From Polyangiaceae bacterium (GTDB lineage Bacteria > Myxococcota_A > Polyangia > Polyangiales > Polyangiaceae): DNA of 64,000 nt. Positions 10,254-20,071 of this stretch are shown piece by piece. The translations under genes and the position numbers were made by a program. The stretch lies in NCBI GenBank assembly GCA_050287085.1, contig JBNKBE010000028.1, positions 1-64,000 on the forward strand. The letters are read 5' to 3'. The notes under the pieces were generated by a model, which worked only from the letters and a program-made list of their open reading frames with translations, made no database searches and had not been told where the DNA came from. Numbering within the stretch: the stretch's first letter is position 1; each line of letters starts with the position of its first letter.

Positions 10254-11648
10254 CTAGAGCTGCAACTGCGCTCCAATTTGCAGCATGTCTTCCGCATCTC
10301 CGTCGCCACCGGGGTCGGCGTGTCGGAAATTGAAAAACCAACGATTCTTGTATCCGTCGACGATGTAGCCAAGTCCGGCGTCGATGACAGTGGGGCCGCC
10401 GTCAGCCACCTTCTGCAGCGTGAGATTGGGCTGCAGTTGGCCGACGCCTACCTTGTCTTCGAAGAGCCAACTGGCACCCGCCAAGAAGCTCGAGTCACCG
10501 ACCGAGGCCGCGCCGGTTCCGGTTTGGGTTGTACCTTGGTTCGGCATGTAGTTGGCTCCGGTCTTCTTGAAGTTCCAATAGCCACCGTTCAGCGTGAGTA
10601 CGCCGGCGTCGGAAAGCACCTTCTCGAAGAAGATATCAGCCGCGAACGCCAGTAGGTCGTTGTCCAGGTCGCTGCCATCAACCGCGTCAACGCCCTTCTG
10701 ATAGTGGACGACGCCGCCGATGGCGAGGGTGTCTTGGGAGCCGTAGTAAGAGCCCGACGCGTAGTAGTAGTTCTCCGGATCCAAGAGGTTGATGGTGGCG
10801 CGGGCCGCGATACGAGCGTTGCCTAGGCCAGCGGCAGAGGCGTCGCCGTCGGCGTCACCGGCGGCGGCGCCCGGTACAAGGTCGACCACCGACAGGTGGT
10901 ACTTCAAGATGCCATCCGCCACGAGACCCCAGAAGGTGACACCTCGGTCGCGGGCTGCGATGTCGAAGGGCAGGGTCTGAACGACGATCGGTAGATTCCA
11001 GCTGTTGTTGTAGAACGGGCCGTTGAGGTTGCTTCGCTCCATGGCCGGAATGTGTTGTCCGAACCAGATCTGGAACTCGTCGGCAATCTTGAGCTGAATG
11101 ATCGCGTCCAGAATGCCGACACTGCTTTCCGTTGTTTCCAGGTTGAAGGCGAACCCCAGCTTCTCGGTGAGCGAGCCGCTGAAGCCTGGGCGGACGTTGA
11201 GCTGATGGGCCACTCCATCGTGCATTGTGAGGGCTGCGCCGTCCGAAGTCGGCGAATTGAAGGATAGTGATACGCCGGTGCGCAGTCCCACGCCAATCTT
11301 GAGCGGCGATGGAAAGCTCGGCGTCGGGCCCGGATCGACGGCATCCGCTTCCGGCGCAGTCTCTTCGGGCATGGGCTCGGCGGCCACGGGTGCCGGCGCC
11401 ATCTCGGCGACAGGTTCTGGCGCGGGAGCTACAATTGTAGGCACAGGCTCTGTCGCGGGCGCTACGGCTTCAGGTGCCGGAGCGGATTCGACCGCAACGG
11501 CGGCGGCGGGCGCTGGCGCTGTGACGGACACGGATGCGCTTGCCGCGGGGGGGGCCGGCTGCGCCGCGGCGTGGTTCGCAACGAGCACGGCCGCTAGCGA
11601 TGTTAGCCCTAGGCCGGCAATGGTTCTGGCATGTCGAGTCTGATTCAC
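10254..11648 (-). CDS. Outer-membrane porin, FmdC/OprO-P-like (putative urea/short-chain amide porin)
   Basis: Signal peptide, Pro/Ala linker, beta-strand pattern, RDRGVTFWG and RATINLLDPE..YY..GSYYG motifs; divergent from urtA; AAGGAG SD before GTG at 11648. Confidence 0.72.
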   Translation of the reverse strand: MNQTRHARTIAGLGLTSLAAVLVANHAAAQPAPPAASASVSVTAPAPAAAVAVESAPAPEAVAPATEPVPTIVAPAPEPVAEMAPAPVAAEPMPEETAPEADAVDPGPTPSFPSPLKIGVGLRTGVSLSFNSPTSDGAALTMHDGVAHQLNVRPGFSGSLTEKLGFAFNLETTESSVGILDAIIQLKIADEFQIWFGQHIPAMERSNLNGPFYNNSWNLPIVVQTLPFDIAARDRGVTFWGLVADGILKYHLSVVDLVPGAAAGDADGDASAAGLGNARIAARATINLLDPENYYYASGSYYGSQDTLAIGGVVHYQKGVDAVDGSDLDNDLLAFAADIFFEKVLSDAGVLTLNGGYWNFKKTGANYMPNQGTTQTGTGAASVGDSSFLAGASWLFEDKVGVGQLQPNLTLQKVADGGPTVIDAGLGYIVDGYKNRWFFNFRHADPGGDGDAEDMLQIGAQLQL

Positions 11649-12251
11649 GCTCGAGTTCTCCTTTGGTCTCACGAAATGGGTCTCACGAAGTCAGGTTAAG
11701 TAAGTTAAAGGTTAAGTCGGCGGCGTTAAGGCCTGCGATAGTCAGCGCGCCACCGGTATCGGGGAGACCGGCACGCTGCGCTTGGAAGTGTTTTATGGTT
11801 GTTTCGGCGGCGCTTCTGTACCGTTCAGCGCAAGCAGGCGAGACAAGCCCGCGACATTCAACTCCAGCTGCACGCAGCGGCTTGGGGTGGCGTTGGCCTA
11901 CCGATGCGCAAGATCTATACAGTCGCGAGAGCACGGGTGAGCTGTTGCGGGTGGAGGCTTACCCTGTAAGCCGACGCGCCGGTTGGGCTAGCAAGCGACG
12001 AAGGGTGGGTTTATCGCAACAACACTGAGTTGACACATTGCGGAAACCCGGGGTCCTCAACGTTACGGGCGTCGCTGAGGCAAGTGAGCTCGGGTTCGTG
12101 ATGAGCATCCCGAAACGCCGCACTTGGTTCAGTTGAGCCGTTCCGCTCGGATCCTTCGAATGTCGTCCCGGTGGCGAATAGCTCAAATGCATCAAGTCCT
12201 GCGAACGGGACAAATCCGACCTCTGACGCAAATCGAACATAGGAGAGACAG

Positions 12252-13646
12252 ATGAAGGCTTGGACGAAAGTAGGATTCTTGGGGCTCGCGGGAGCGTTGA
12301 TGTGGGGCTGTCAGGGACCTGCGGGCAAGACCGACGAGAAGGCGGAGACTGCAACGACGTCAACGGATAAGTCAAGTGCGGCCACCAAAGCGATGGACGC
12401 CCCCGCTCCAAAGGCCAAGGCGAGCTCCACGGGGCCCATCAAAGTCGGCATCTTGCATTCCCTTTCGGGCACCATGGCCATCAGCGAGACCTCGCTGAAG
12501 GATGTTGCGTTGATGACCATCGAGGAGATCAACGCGGCGGGTGGCGTTCTCGGGCGCAAGCTGGAACCGGTGGTTGTGGACCCCGCGTCCGATTGGCCCC
12601 TATTTGCCGAGAAGGCCCGCGAGCTGCTCCAGAAGGAAGGGGTGGCTGTTACTTTCGGCTGTTGGACCTCCGTGTCGCGGAAGAGCGTTCTGCCAGTGTT
12701 CGAGGAGCTGAATGGACTGCTCTTCTACCCGGTGCAGTACGAGGGTGAAGAGTCGTCGTACAATGTCTTCTATACCGGCGCAGCGCCCAATCAGCAGGCG
12801 ATTCCGGCGGTCGAGTATCTGATGAGTGCCGAGGGCGGCGGCGCAAAGAAGTGGGTACTGCTTGGGACGGATTATGTGTACCCACGCACCACGAATAAGA
12901 TCCTCCGAGCGTTTCTCACAGCCAAGGGCGTGCCGGAAGCCAACATCATGGAGGAGTACACGCCTTTTGGGCACAGCGACTACCAAACCATTGTCGCAAA
13001 CGTGAAGAAGTTCGCTGCAGGGACTCCAACGGCAGTGGTGAGCACCATCAATGGCGACTCGAACGTGCCTTTCTACAAGGAGCTCGCAAACCAGGGGCTG
13101 AAGGCGACGGATGTACCTGTGGTTGCCTTCTCCGTGGGTGAGGAAGAACTCCGCGGCATCGATACCAAGCCTCTCGTGGGTCACCTTGCGGCCTGGAACT
13201 ATTTCGAGTCCATCGACAATCCCACAAACAAGAAGTTCATCGATGCATGGCTCGGCTATGCCAAGGCAAAGGGACTACCCGATGCGGAGAAGCGTGTGAC
13301 CAATGACCCGATGGAGGCAACCTACATCGGCATAAAAATGTGGGCACAGGCAGCCGAGCAGGCCGGCACGGTTGACGTAGATGCTGTGCGACAGGCGGTA
13401 GCTGGACAGAAGTTTGCAGCACCGTCGGGCTTCGAGATCCAGATGGATGAGAAAAACCATCACCTTCACAAGCCCGTCTACATTGGTGAGATCCGAGCCG
13501 ATGGACAATTCGAAGTAGTGTGGAAGACGCCGGGCCCGATCCGGGCTGAGCCTTGGAGCAAATACGTTCCCGACAGCGCCAACAAGGTGGCTGACTGGAC
13601 CTATCCGTGGGTTTGCGGCAACTGCTCGGAGCCCAAGTTCAAGTAG
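12252..13646 (+). CDS. urtA: Urea ABC transporter substrate-binding lipoprotein
   Basis: IKVGILHSLSGTMAISE, FGCWTSVSRKSVLPVFE, YPVQYEG motifs; lipobox LMWGC; AGGAG SD. Confidence 0.97.
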   Translation: MKAWTKVGFLGLAGALMWGCQGPAGKTDEKAETATTSTDKSSAATKAMDAPAPKAKASSTGPIKVGILHSLSGTMAISETSLKDVALMTIEEINAAGGVLGRKLEPVVVDPASDWPLFAEKARELLQKEGVAVTFGCWTSVSRKSVLPVFEELNGLLFYPVQYEGEESSYNVFYTGAAPNQQAIPAVEYLMSAEGGGAKKWVLLGTDYVYPRTTNKILRAFLTAKGVPEANIMEEYTPFGHSDYQTIVANVKKFAAGTPTAVVSTINGDSNVPFYKELANQGLKATDVPVVAFSVGEEELRGIDTKPLVGHLAAWNYFESIDNPTNKKFIDAWLGYAKAKGLPDAEKRVTNDPMEATYIGIKMWAQAAEQAGTVDVDAVRQAVAGQKFAAPSGFEIQMDEKNHHLHKPVYIGEIRADGQFEVVWKTPGPIRAEPWSKYVPDSANKVADWTYPWVCGNCSEPKFK

Positions 13647-13958
13647 AGGGCTGCTCGCTACGAGCTGAAGTTGCTTCGTAGCAGTAGCTCGACCAGCAGT
13701 TAGGGCCCGGGAACGGGGAAGTCATACTACGCCGGCCAAGCCGGGCTCGCGACCGACTTCCCCATCCGCGGGCCCCCAAGCGGACGCTTCAGCAGTGAGG
13801 CGTTCGCAGTTCTGGGGCGCCGCTCCTCTCATTTCAGGAGGGAGCGGCCATGGTCTAGCTTGCCGGCAACGGGGCCCTGTGGGTCGAGCTTGTGACCTCG
13901 GCGGGCCAGCCGCTGCGTGGGTACGAATCCAGACATCGCAAATCGACGCTGAGAAACG

Positions 13959-15656
13959 ATGACTACCAGATTATTTCCGTACGTGACCTTGGGTGTACAG
14001 AGGCGTATGAGGCGTCTGCCATCCGCTATTACGATTCAGAGTTGGTTCGAGAAAGGGCAGTGGGCTACTCGTCTGCTGGCGACGGCGTTGGTTCTACTTA
14101 TGGCCGCGCCGGCAAGTGCAGGGGTGGGCGAGGAGGCGGCAAAGCTCCTGGCGTCGGATTCCTTGGACGAAACCCGGCGCGGCATCGAGATACTCGCTGG
14201 CTCGGGGCATCCGCGGGCTCTGACCGTGCTCGAGGGGTTGGAAGCGGGGGTCGTGGGCCTGGACGCAAACCGCCAGCTCGTTGTTCACAGCGAGGCAGGC
14301 AACGTGTTCGCTCTGACGGGAGAGCCGGCCCCGGGCAGCTTTGAGAAGCTGCGTCTAAACAACGTGGTGCGGCGTACCCTGAGCGCCACCTTGGCTGCCA
14401 TGCGGCTGAGTTCTGACGAGCTCGCCGTGCGCCGTGTGGCGGTTGAGGCCGTGGCCAAGCGTCCTGAGCCCGAGCTCTATCAACAACTCACCGCTGCCTT
14501 GAAGAAGGAAACGGACGATGACTTGCGCAGCCTACTGCGACTTGCAGTAGCTCAACTCGACATTGCTGGCCCGGAGCGCAATAAGCAGCTCGCCGCGATT
14601 GCGGTTCTAGAGGAGAGCGGTTCGGTGGAGCACAAGCCCCTGCTCCAGCCCTTCGTCACGCGGGATAAGAGTGGCAGCTACGTTGAGTCCGACAAGGACT
14701 TGCGGCACGCCGCACGCGGCGCATTGGGCAGTATCGAGCGACGCGCCACGCTGATGAGCGCAGTTGCTAATCTCTTTTTCGGCTTGAGTCTGGGTAGCGT
14801 TCTGTTGCTTGCCGCGCTGGGCCTCGCCATCACCTTCGGGTTGATGAAGGTCATCAATATGGCTCACGGCGAGATGATCATGTTGGGCGCCTATACCACC
14901 TTTGTGGTTCAGCAGGCTCTTGCGGCATGGATGCCAGCTCAGATGGAACTCTATTTGGTGGTTGCTGTCCCCCTGGCTTTCTTCGCGTCGGGTGCGGTCG
15001 GCTTCCTGCTGGAGCGCCTTGTCGTTCGACACCTCTACGGGCGCCCGCTCGAGACCCTGCTGGCGACCTGGGGCGCGAGCCTCATATTGATACAATTGAT
15101 TCGCGCCAAGTTTGGTGCGGCGAATGTCACCGTGGCCAATCCTGAATGGCTCTCTGGAGGGCTTGAGCTGCTGCCTTCGGTCGTGCTGCCTTACAGCCGC
15201 ATCGCCATCATCGCTTTCACCGTGGTGGTCGTCTACTTCGTTTGGTTCATGTTGCGCAGAACCAATCTCGGGCTCTACGTTCGAGCTGTCACCCAGAACC
15301 GGGACATGGCGGCCAACGTTGGTATTCCGACGCAGAAGATTGATACTTGGACGTTTGCGTTGGGATGTGGCGTCGCTGGTTTGGGCGGGGTGGCCCTGTC
15401 TCAACTAGGCAACGTGGGGCCGGAGCTCGGGCAAGGCTATATCGTCGACTCGTTCATGGTGGTTGTGCTCGGGGGCGTTGGAAACATCTTTGGGACCATC
15501 CTTGGCGCACTCGGTCTAGGGCTGATAAACAAATTCCTGGAACCGATTGCCGGCGCCGTGCTCGGAAAGATCTTCGTTCTGGTCATGATCATTCTGTTCA
15601 TTCAAAAGCGACCTCAAGGCATCTTTGCCCTGAAGGGACGCGCCGCGGAGCTGTAG
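13959..15656 (+). CDS. urtB: Urea ABC transporter permease with N-terminal HEAT-like extension
   Basis: GLAITFGLMKVINMAHGE, RPLETLLATWG, FIQKRPQGIF. Confidence 0.95.
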   Translation: MTTRLFPYVTLGVQRRMRRLPSAITIQSWFEKGQWATRLLATALVLLMAAPASAGVGEEAAKLLASDSLDETRRGIEILAGSGHPRALTVLEGLEAGVVGLDANRQLVVHSEAGNVFALTGEPAPGSFEKLRLNNVVRRTLSATLAAMRLSSDELAVRRVAVEAVAKRPEPELYQQLTAALKKETDDDLRSLLRLAVAQLDIAGPERNKQLAAIAVLEESGSVEHKPLLQPFVTRDKSGSYVESDKDLRHAARGALGSIERRATLMSAVANLFFGLSLGSVLLLAALGLAITFGLMKVINMAHGEMIMLGAYTTFVVQQALAAWMPAQMELYLVVAVPLAFFASGAVGFLLERLVVRHLYGRPLETLLATWGASLILIQLIRAKFGAANVTVANPEWLSGGLELLPSVVLPYSRIAIIAFTVVVVYFVWFMLRRTNLGLYVRAVTQNRDMAANVGIPTQKIDTWTFALGCGVAGLGGVALSQLGNVGPELGQGYIVDSFMVVVLGGVGNIFGTILGALGLGLINKFLEPIAGAVLGKIFVLVMIILFIQKRPQGIFALKGRAAEL

Positions 15657-15658
15657 CC

Positions 15659-16780
15659 ATGAGCCGTCTAATTCAACACTTGAGGCAGGTGCATTCGGGC
15701 CGCGGCTGGATCATCGTTGCAGTCGCGGCGACCGTGATGTGCGTCGTGATTCCGCTGCTAAACAGCGCGCTTCCCTCAACGTCACTGCTCTACGTTCCGG
15801 ACTATGTGGTCACCATGTTTGGCAAGTTCATGTGCTACGCTGTTGTAGCTCTTGCCATCGACCTGATCTGGGGGTTCACAGGCATTCTCAGCCTGGGGCA
15901 CGGCGTATTCTTCGCCTTAGGGGGCTACGCCATCGGCATGCACATGATGCGCGTGATGGCTGGAGAAGGGGTCTACAAGAGCGAGCTACCGGACTTTATG
16001 GTCTTTCTTGATTGGAAGGAGTTACCTTGGTTCTGGTACGGTTTTGACAACTTCTTCTTTGCGTTGGCGATGGCGCTGGTCGTTCCAGGCGTGTTGGCGT
16101 TCATATTCGGGTTCTTGGCGTTCCGCTCGCGAATCGGGGGAGTCTATTTTTCGATTATCACCCAGGCGCTGACCTTTGCGTTCATGTTGTGGTTCTTTCG
16201 AAACGAAACCGGTTTCGGGGGCAACAACGGTTTGACCGACTTCAAACGCATCTATGGCTACTCGCTTTCGGAGCCGGCTACAAAGCTCGGGTTGTACACG
16301 TTGTCGGCGTTGGTGTTGATCATCACCTACCTGCTGTGCCGCTACGTGGTCTCTGGGCGTTTGGGACGAGTCCTTCGTGCGATTCGGGATCAGGAGTCCA
16401 AGGTCATGTTTACGGGCTACAATCCTCTGAAGTACAAGCTCTTCGTTTGGACTTTGTCGGCGGTTCTCTGCGGGCTTGCGGGCGCGCTATACGTCCCCCA
16501 GGTGGGCATCATCAACCCAAGCGAGATGGAGACAGCAAATTCCATCGAGATGGCGATTTGGGTTGCAGTGGGAGGACGCGGAACGCTTCTGGGAGCGCCC
16601 GTTGGGGCGCTGGTCATCAATCTTGCCAAGAGCGTGTTCACGGGGTCGTTTCCGGACTATTGGCTGTACTTTCTCGGGGCCGCATTCGTGTGCGTGACGC
16701 TATTTTTCCCGCAGGGTCTGATTGGACTGGTAGCGAGTTTGCGAGCCGCCACTAGGCGCCGCACGGGAGAAAAGGCATGA
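15659..16780 (+). CDS. urtC: Urea ABC transporter permease
   Basis: WGFTGILSLGHGVFFALGGY, GVYFSIITQAL, VAVGGRGTL; start taken at the ATG just after the urtB stop. Confidence 0.95.
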   Translation: MSRLIQHLRQVHSGRGWIIVAVAATVMCVVIPLLNSALPSTSLLYVPDYVVTMFGKFMCYAVVALAIDLIWGFTGILSLGHGVFFALGGYAIGMHMMRVMAGEGVYKSELPDFMVFLDWKELPWFWYGFDNFFFALAMALVVPGVLAFIFGFLAFRSRIGGVYFSIITQALTFAFMLWFFRNETGFGGNNGLTDFKRIYGYSLSEPATKLGLYTLSALVLIITYLLCRYVVSGRLGRVLRAIRDQESKVMFTGYNPLKYKLFVWTLSAVLCGLAGALYVPQVGIINPSEMETANSIEMAIWVAVGGRGTLLGAPVGALVINLAKSVFTGSFPDYWLYFLGAAFVCVTLFFPQGLIGLVASLRAATRRRTGEKA

Positions 16781-17712
16781 ATTCTACCCCGCGGCAGAAG
16801 GCGGACAGCGGCACTCCTGCGTCACGTCCAAGTGAGGCGCGACAGTCCAACGGACGCCGGTCTTCTTCGCCACTCCGGCGCGTGCTCGGCAAGGACCGTC
16901 CCAAGCGCGGAGCCTCCAAGTTGGTGGCTGAGGAGCGCTACAATGAAGTGGTCGAGCAGCGCTCGCGTGCGCTCTTGGTCGTCGACAATGTGAGCGTTTC
17001 GTTCGATGGCTTTCGGGCTCTCAACAACCTCACGCTGATTCTCGACGAAGGCGAGCTGCGTTGCCTCATTGGGCCCAATGGCGCAGGAAAGACAACGCTC
17101 CAGGATGTCATCACCGGCAAGACCCGACCGGACGAAGGTCAGGTATTCCTCATCGGCGAGGAGCGAGACCGTCGCGACCTGACTCAGATGTCAGAGTACG
17201 AGGTTGCCGGCCTCGGCATCGGCCGCAAGTTTCAGCGCCCAACGGTCTTTCATGGCCACACTGTCTTCGAGAATATGGAACTTGCGCTGGCTGACGATCG
17301 CGGTTTGTGGCGCACGCTCTTCTCGCCGATCACAAAGGGGATGAGGGAGAAGATTGAGGAGACGTTGGAGCTTGTCGGACTTGCGGAGCGCAGTCAGGCA
17401 GCGGCAGGGCTGTTGTCTCACGGTCAGAAGCAATGGCTCGAGATTGGAATGTTGTTGGTTCAGAACCCACGAGTGTTGCTTGTGGATGAACCAGTCGCTG
17501 GCATGACGCACCAAGAGGTAGAACGCACCGCGGAGTTGCTCAAGGGGCTTGCGGGGGCTCATACGGTAGTTGTGGTGGAGCACGATATGGACTTCGTTCG
17601 CAGCATTGCGCAGACGGTAACCGTGCTGCACGAAGGCAGCATACTCGCAGAGGGAAGCATGGCCGATGTTCAGGCCGACCCCGCTGTGATTCAAGTCTAC
17701 TTGGGGGAATGA
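16777..17712 (+). CDS. urtD: Urea ABC transporter ATP-binding protein
   Basis: GPNGAGKTT, GIGRKFQRP, LSHGQKQWLEIGM. Confidence 0.95.
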   Translation: MNSTPRQKADSGTPASRPSEARQSNGRRSSSPLRRVLGKDRPKRGASKLVAEERYNEVVEQRSRALLVVDNVSVSFDGFRALNNLTLILDEGELRCLIGPNGAGKTTLQDVITGKTRPDEGQVFLIGEERDRRDLTQMSEYEVAGLGIGRKFQRPTVFHGHTVFENMELALADDRGLWRTLFSPITKGMREKIEETLELVGLAERSQAAAGLLSHGQKQWLEIGMLLVQNPRVLLVDEPVAGMTHQEVERTAELLKGLAGAHTVVVVEHDMDFVRSIAQTVTVLHEGSILAEGSMADVQADPAVIQVYLGE

Positions 17713-18422
17713 GAACGATGGCGGACTCCCTGCTAAAGATTGAAGGACTCAACCAGTACTATGGCGACAGCCATACCTTGTGGGACGTGGAACTCTCGGT
17801 GGAAGAAGGCACGACCGTGTGCGTCATGGGCCGCAATGGGGTCGGCAAGACGACGTTGCTCAAGACGCTGATGGGGGGAGTGAAGGCGCGCTCGGGCTCA
17901 GTTCGCTTTGCCGGCACCGAGTTGCTACAGCTGCCGCAATGGTCGCGCGCGAGCTTGGGGATCGGCCTGGTACCTCAGGGCCGTGAGATCTTTGGTCAAT
18001 TGACCGTTGAGGAAAACCTCCTGCTTGGGCTTGCGGGGCGTCGCGGTGCAAGACACGAGGTGCCGAAGAAGATCTTCGACTTGTTCCCAGTACTCGCTGA
18101 CATGTTGCATCGGCGCGGCGGTGATCTTTCGGGAGGACAGCAGCAACAGCTCGCCATCGGACGGGCACTGATGAACGAGCCCAAGCTACTCATTCTCGAC
18201 GAACCGACGGAAGGTATTCAGCCGAATATCGTGCGTCAAATTGGCGACGTGCTGCTCAAGCTCAACGAAGAGGGCCTGACAATCCTACTTGTCGAGCAGA
18301 AGCTGCCCTTTGCACGACGTGTGGGCAAACACTACGCAATCCTAGATAGGGGTAGGACCGCCGCTAGCGGTGAGATGGCCGACCTGAACCAGGAGATAAT
18401 CAGCCAGTACTTGGTGGTGTGA
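17709..18422 (+). CDS. urtE: Urea ABC transporter ATP-binding protein
   Basis: GRNGVGKTT, VPQGREIF, LSGGQQQQLAIGRAL, DEPTEGIQP. Confidence 0.95.
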   Translation: MRTMADSLLKIEGLNQYYGDSHTLWDVELSVEEGTTVCVMGRNGVGKTTLLKTLMGGVKARSGSVRFAGTELLQLPQWSRASLGIGLVPQGREIFGQLTVEENLLLGLAGRRGARHEVPKKIFDLFPVLADMLHRRGGDLSGGQQQQLAIGRALMNEPKLLILDEPTEGIQPNIVRQIGDVLLKLNEEGLTILLVEQKLPFARRVGKHYAILDRGRTAASGEMADLNQEIISQYLVV

Positions 18423-18455
18423 TCTTCACGGTTGTGGTCTATCTGAGGGTGGAGC

Positions 18456-19304
18456 GTGTTCGTGCAACAGTCGGCGGAGAGTTGGGTCGGTACGCTGAAT
18501 CTCAGATTCGTCGACGGCGGCGGACAGACTTTGTTGTCGCACGTTGAGCACCGTGGCCCGTTGCGCGTACAGCGGCCCTTCTATGACGCAAATGGCTGTT
18601 GTCATGTCTACGTGCTCAATCCGCCGGGGGGGACCGTCGGCGGAGACGAGCTGAGCGTCACCGCGGAAGTGGGGACGGATGCCAGGGCCCTGCTCACAAC
18701 CCCAGGGGCGTCAAAGTTTTACCGCAGCGACGGTCGTCTGGGCATTGTTCGGCAGCAGTTGCAGGTGGCGTCGGGGGGTGCCTTGAGTTGGGTCCCGCAA
18801 GAGACGATCGTCTTCTCGGGGGCACGGGCGTTGTCTCGGACACGGGTCTGTCTGGCTCGTGACGCCGTGTTCCACGGTTGGGAAATATCGGTCCTCGGAC
18901 GTCCGGCGGCCGGTGAGGTCTTTTCCGCGGGCAGCTTCGAACAGCACCTCGACGTCTTCGTGGACGGAGTGCCCTTGCTGCACGAACGGAGCCGAGTCCG
19001 CGGAGGCGACGAATTGCTGGGCGCGGCGTGGGGACTTCAGGGGCTGCCTGCTTGGGGCACATTCGTGGCTTATCCCGCGGTTGATGCCGAGCTCGAAGCG
19101 CTGTGTAGCGAACTGGCAAGCGATGGGTCGGGCTGTTTCGGGGGGACGGTGCTCTCCGTCGAAGGTGGAACGCGAGCACTTGTTGTGCGGGCCATCGCTA
19201 AGAGCCCGGTGGACATTCGCCGGGCTTTTGTTGAAGTCTGGCAGCGACTCGTCCGCACCTCACCTCGTGGGCTGGCAGAATCCCCGCGCATTTGGGCAAC
19301 CTAG
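18456..19304 (+). CDS. ureD: Urease accessory protein UreD
   Basis: GPLRVQRPFY, PPGGTVGGD, TTPGASKFYRS, PRIWAT. Confidence 0.95.
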   Translation: MFVQQSAESWVGTLNLRFVDGGGQTLLSHVEHRGPLRVQRPFYDANGCCHVYVLNPPGGTVGGDELSVTAEVGTDARALLTTPGASKFYRSDGRLGIVRQQLQVASGGALSWVPQETIVFSGARALSRTRVCLARDAVFHGWEISVLGRPAAGEVFSAGSFEQHLDVFVDGVPLLHERSRVRGGDELLGAAWGLQGLPAWGTFVAYPAVDAELEALCSELASDGSGCFGGTVLSVEGGTRALVVRAIAKSPVDIRRAFVEVWQRLVRTSPRGLAESPRIWAT

Positions 19305-19344
19305 TAGCTAATGGTCATAAGTCGTAACGAGAGATCATTGGTGC

Positions 19345-19361
19345 TTGGCCGAGGATATGCT
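19345..19361 (+). promoter_or_regulatory. Possible sigma-54 -24/-12 promoter upstream of ureAB
   Basis: TTGGCCGAGGATATGCT has GG-N10-GC spacing in the ureD-ureA gap; imperfect consensus. Confidence 0.3.
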
Positions 19362-19429
19362 CGCCTCGCTAAGACAAGGAATAGACGCAATCGATAGCTT
19401 GGTGCCACGAAGCGACAGAAAGGCAAGAT

Positions 19430-20071
19430 ATGGAACTTTCCCCCAGAGAAAAGGACAAGCTTCTCATCTATTTGGCTGCGCAGCTCGCTGAGTCGCGTCG
19501 GGCGCGCGGGCTGAAGCTCAACTACCCCGAGGCAATCGCGCTGATATCCGCCTACGTATTGGAAGGGGCGCGCGAAGGGCGGAGTGTGGCTGAACTAATG
19601 AGCGCTGGCGCGGAACTCCTGACCACGGATGATGTCATGCCTGGCATTCGTGAGCTCATTGCGGAGGTGCAGGTGGAAGCAACCTTTCCCGATGGTACCA
19701 AATTGGTGACGGTTCACGAGCCTATCAAAGGGCCCGCGAGTGAGGTAGCGCCCGGCGCCGTGGTGACGCTACCCGGAGAGATCAGACTCAACGAGGGGCG
19801 AGAGGTGCTTACGATATCGGTCGGCAATACGGGGGATCGACCAATTCAAGTCGGCTCTCACTACCATTTCGCCGAAACCAATGAGGCATTGCACTTTGAT
19901 CGCATCGCCGCGCGTGGATTTCGACTCAACATTCCCGCAGGCACGGCAGTGCGCTTTGAGCCCGGCCAGTCTCGCGAGGTTGAACTCGTGGCTCTGGGCG
20001 GGGATCGCGCAGTCTACGGGTTCAATGCACAGGTCATGGGTCCTCTTGATTCGCAAGGAGGTGGACAGTGA
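19430..20071 (+). CDS. ureAB: Urease gamma/beta fused subunit
   Basis: Gamma part ([25 protein letters not shown]) continues in frame into the beta part ([27 protein letters not shown]). Confidence 0.96.
   Translation: MELSPREKDKLLIYLAAQLAESRRARGLKLNYPEAIALISAYVLEGAREGRSVAELMSAGAELLTTDDVMPGIRELIAEVQVEATFPDGTKLVTVHEPIKGPASEVAPGAVVTLPGEIRLNEGREVLTISVGNTGDRPIQVGSHYHFAETNEALHFDRIAARGFRLNIPAGTAVRFEPGQSREVELVALGGDRAVYGFNAQVMGPLDSQGGGQ

Noticed and set aside
10005..10655. 216-aa plus-strand ORF, and similar long antisense ORFs such as 1314-1934, 14607-15404 and 59308-60105
   Set aside because: Shadow frames of well-supported genes in high-GC DNA, with no motifs
11730..12250. Sigma-54 promoter for urtA or the porin
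   Set aside because: The candidates I checked lacked the GG-N10-GC spacing
15347..15658. N-terminal extensions of urtC (and likewise oxyR 33901-34041 and ORF 4609-4824)
   Set aside because: They overlap neighbouring genes or promoters; downstream starts fit the family motifs and translation signals
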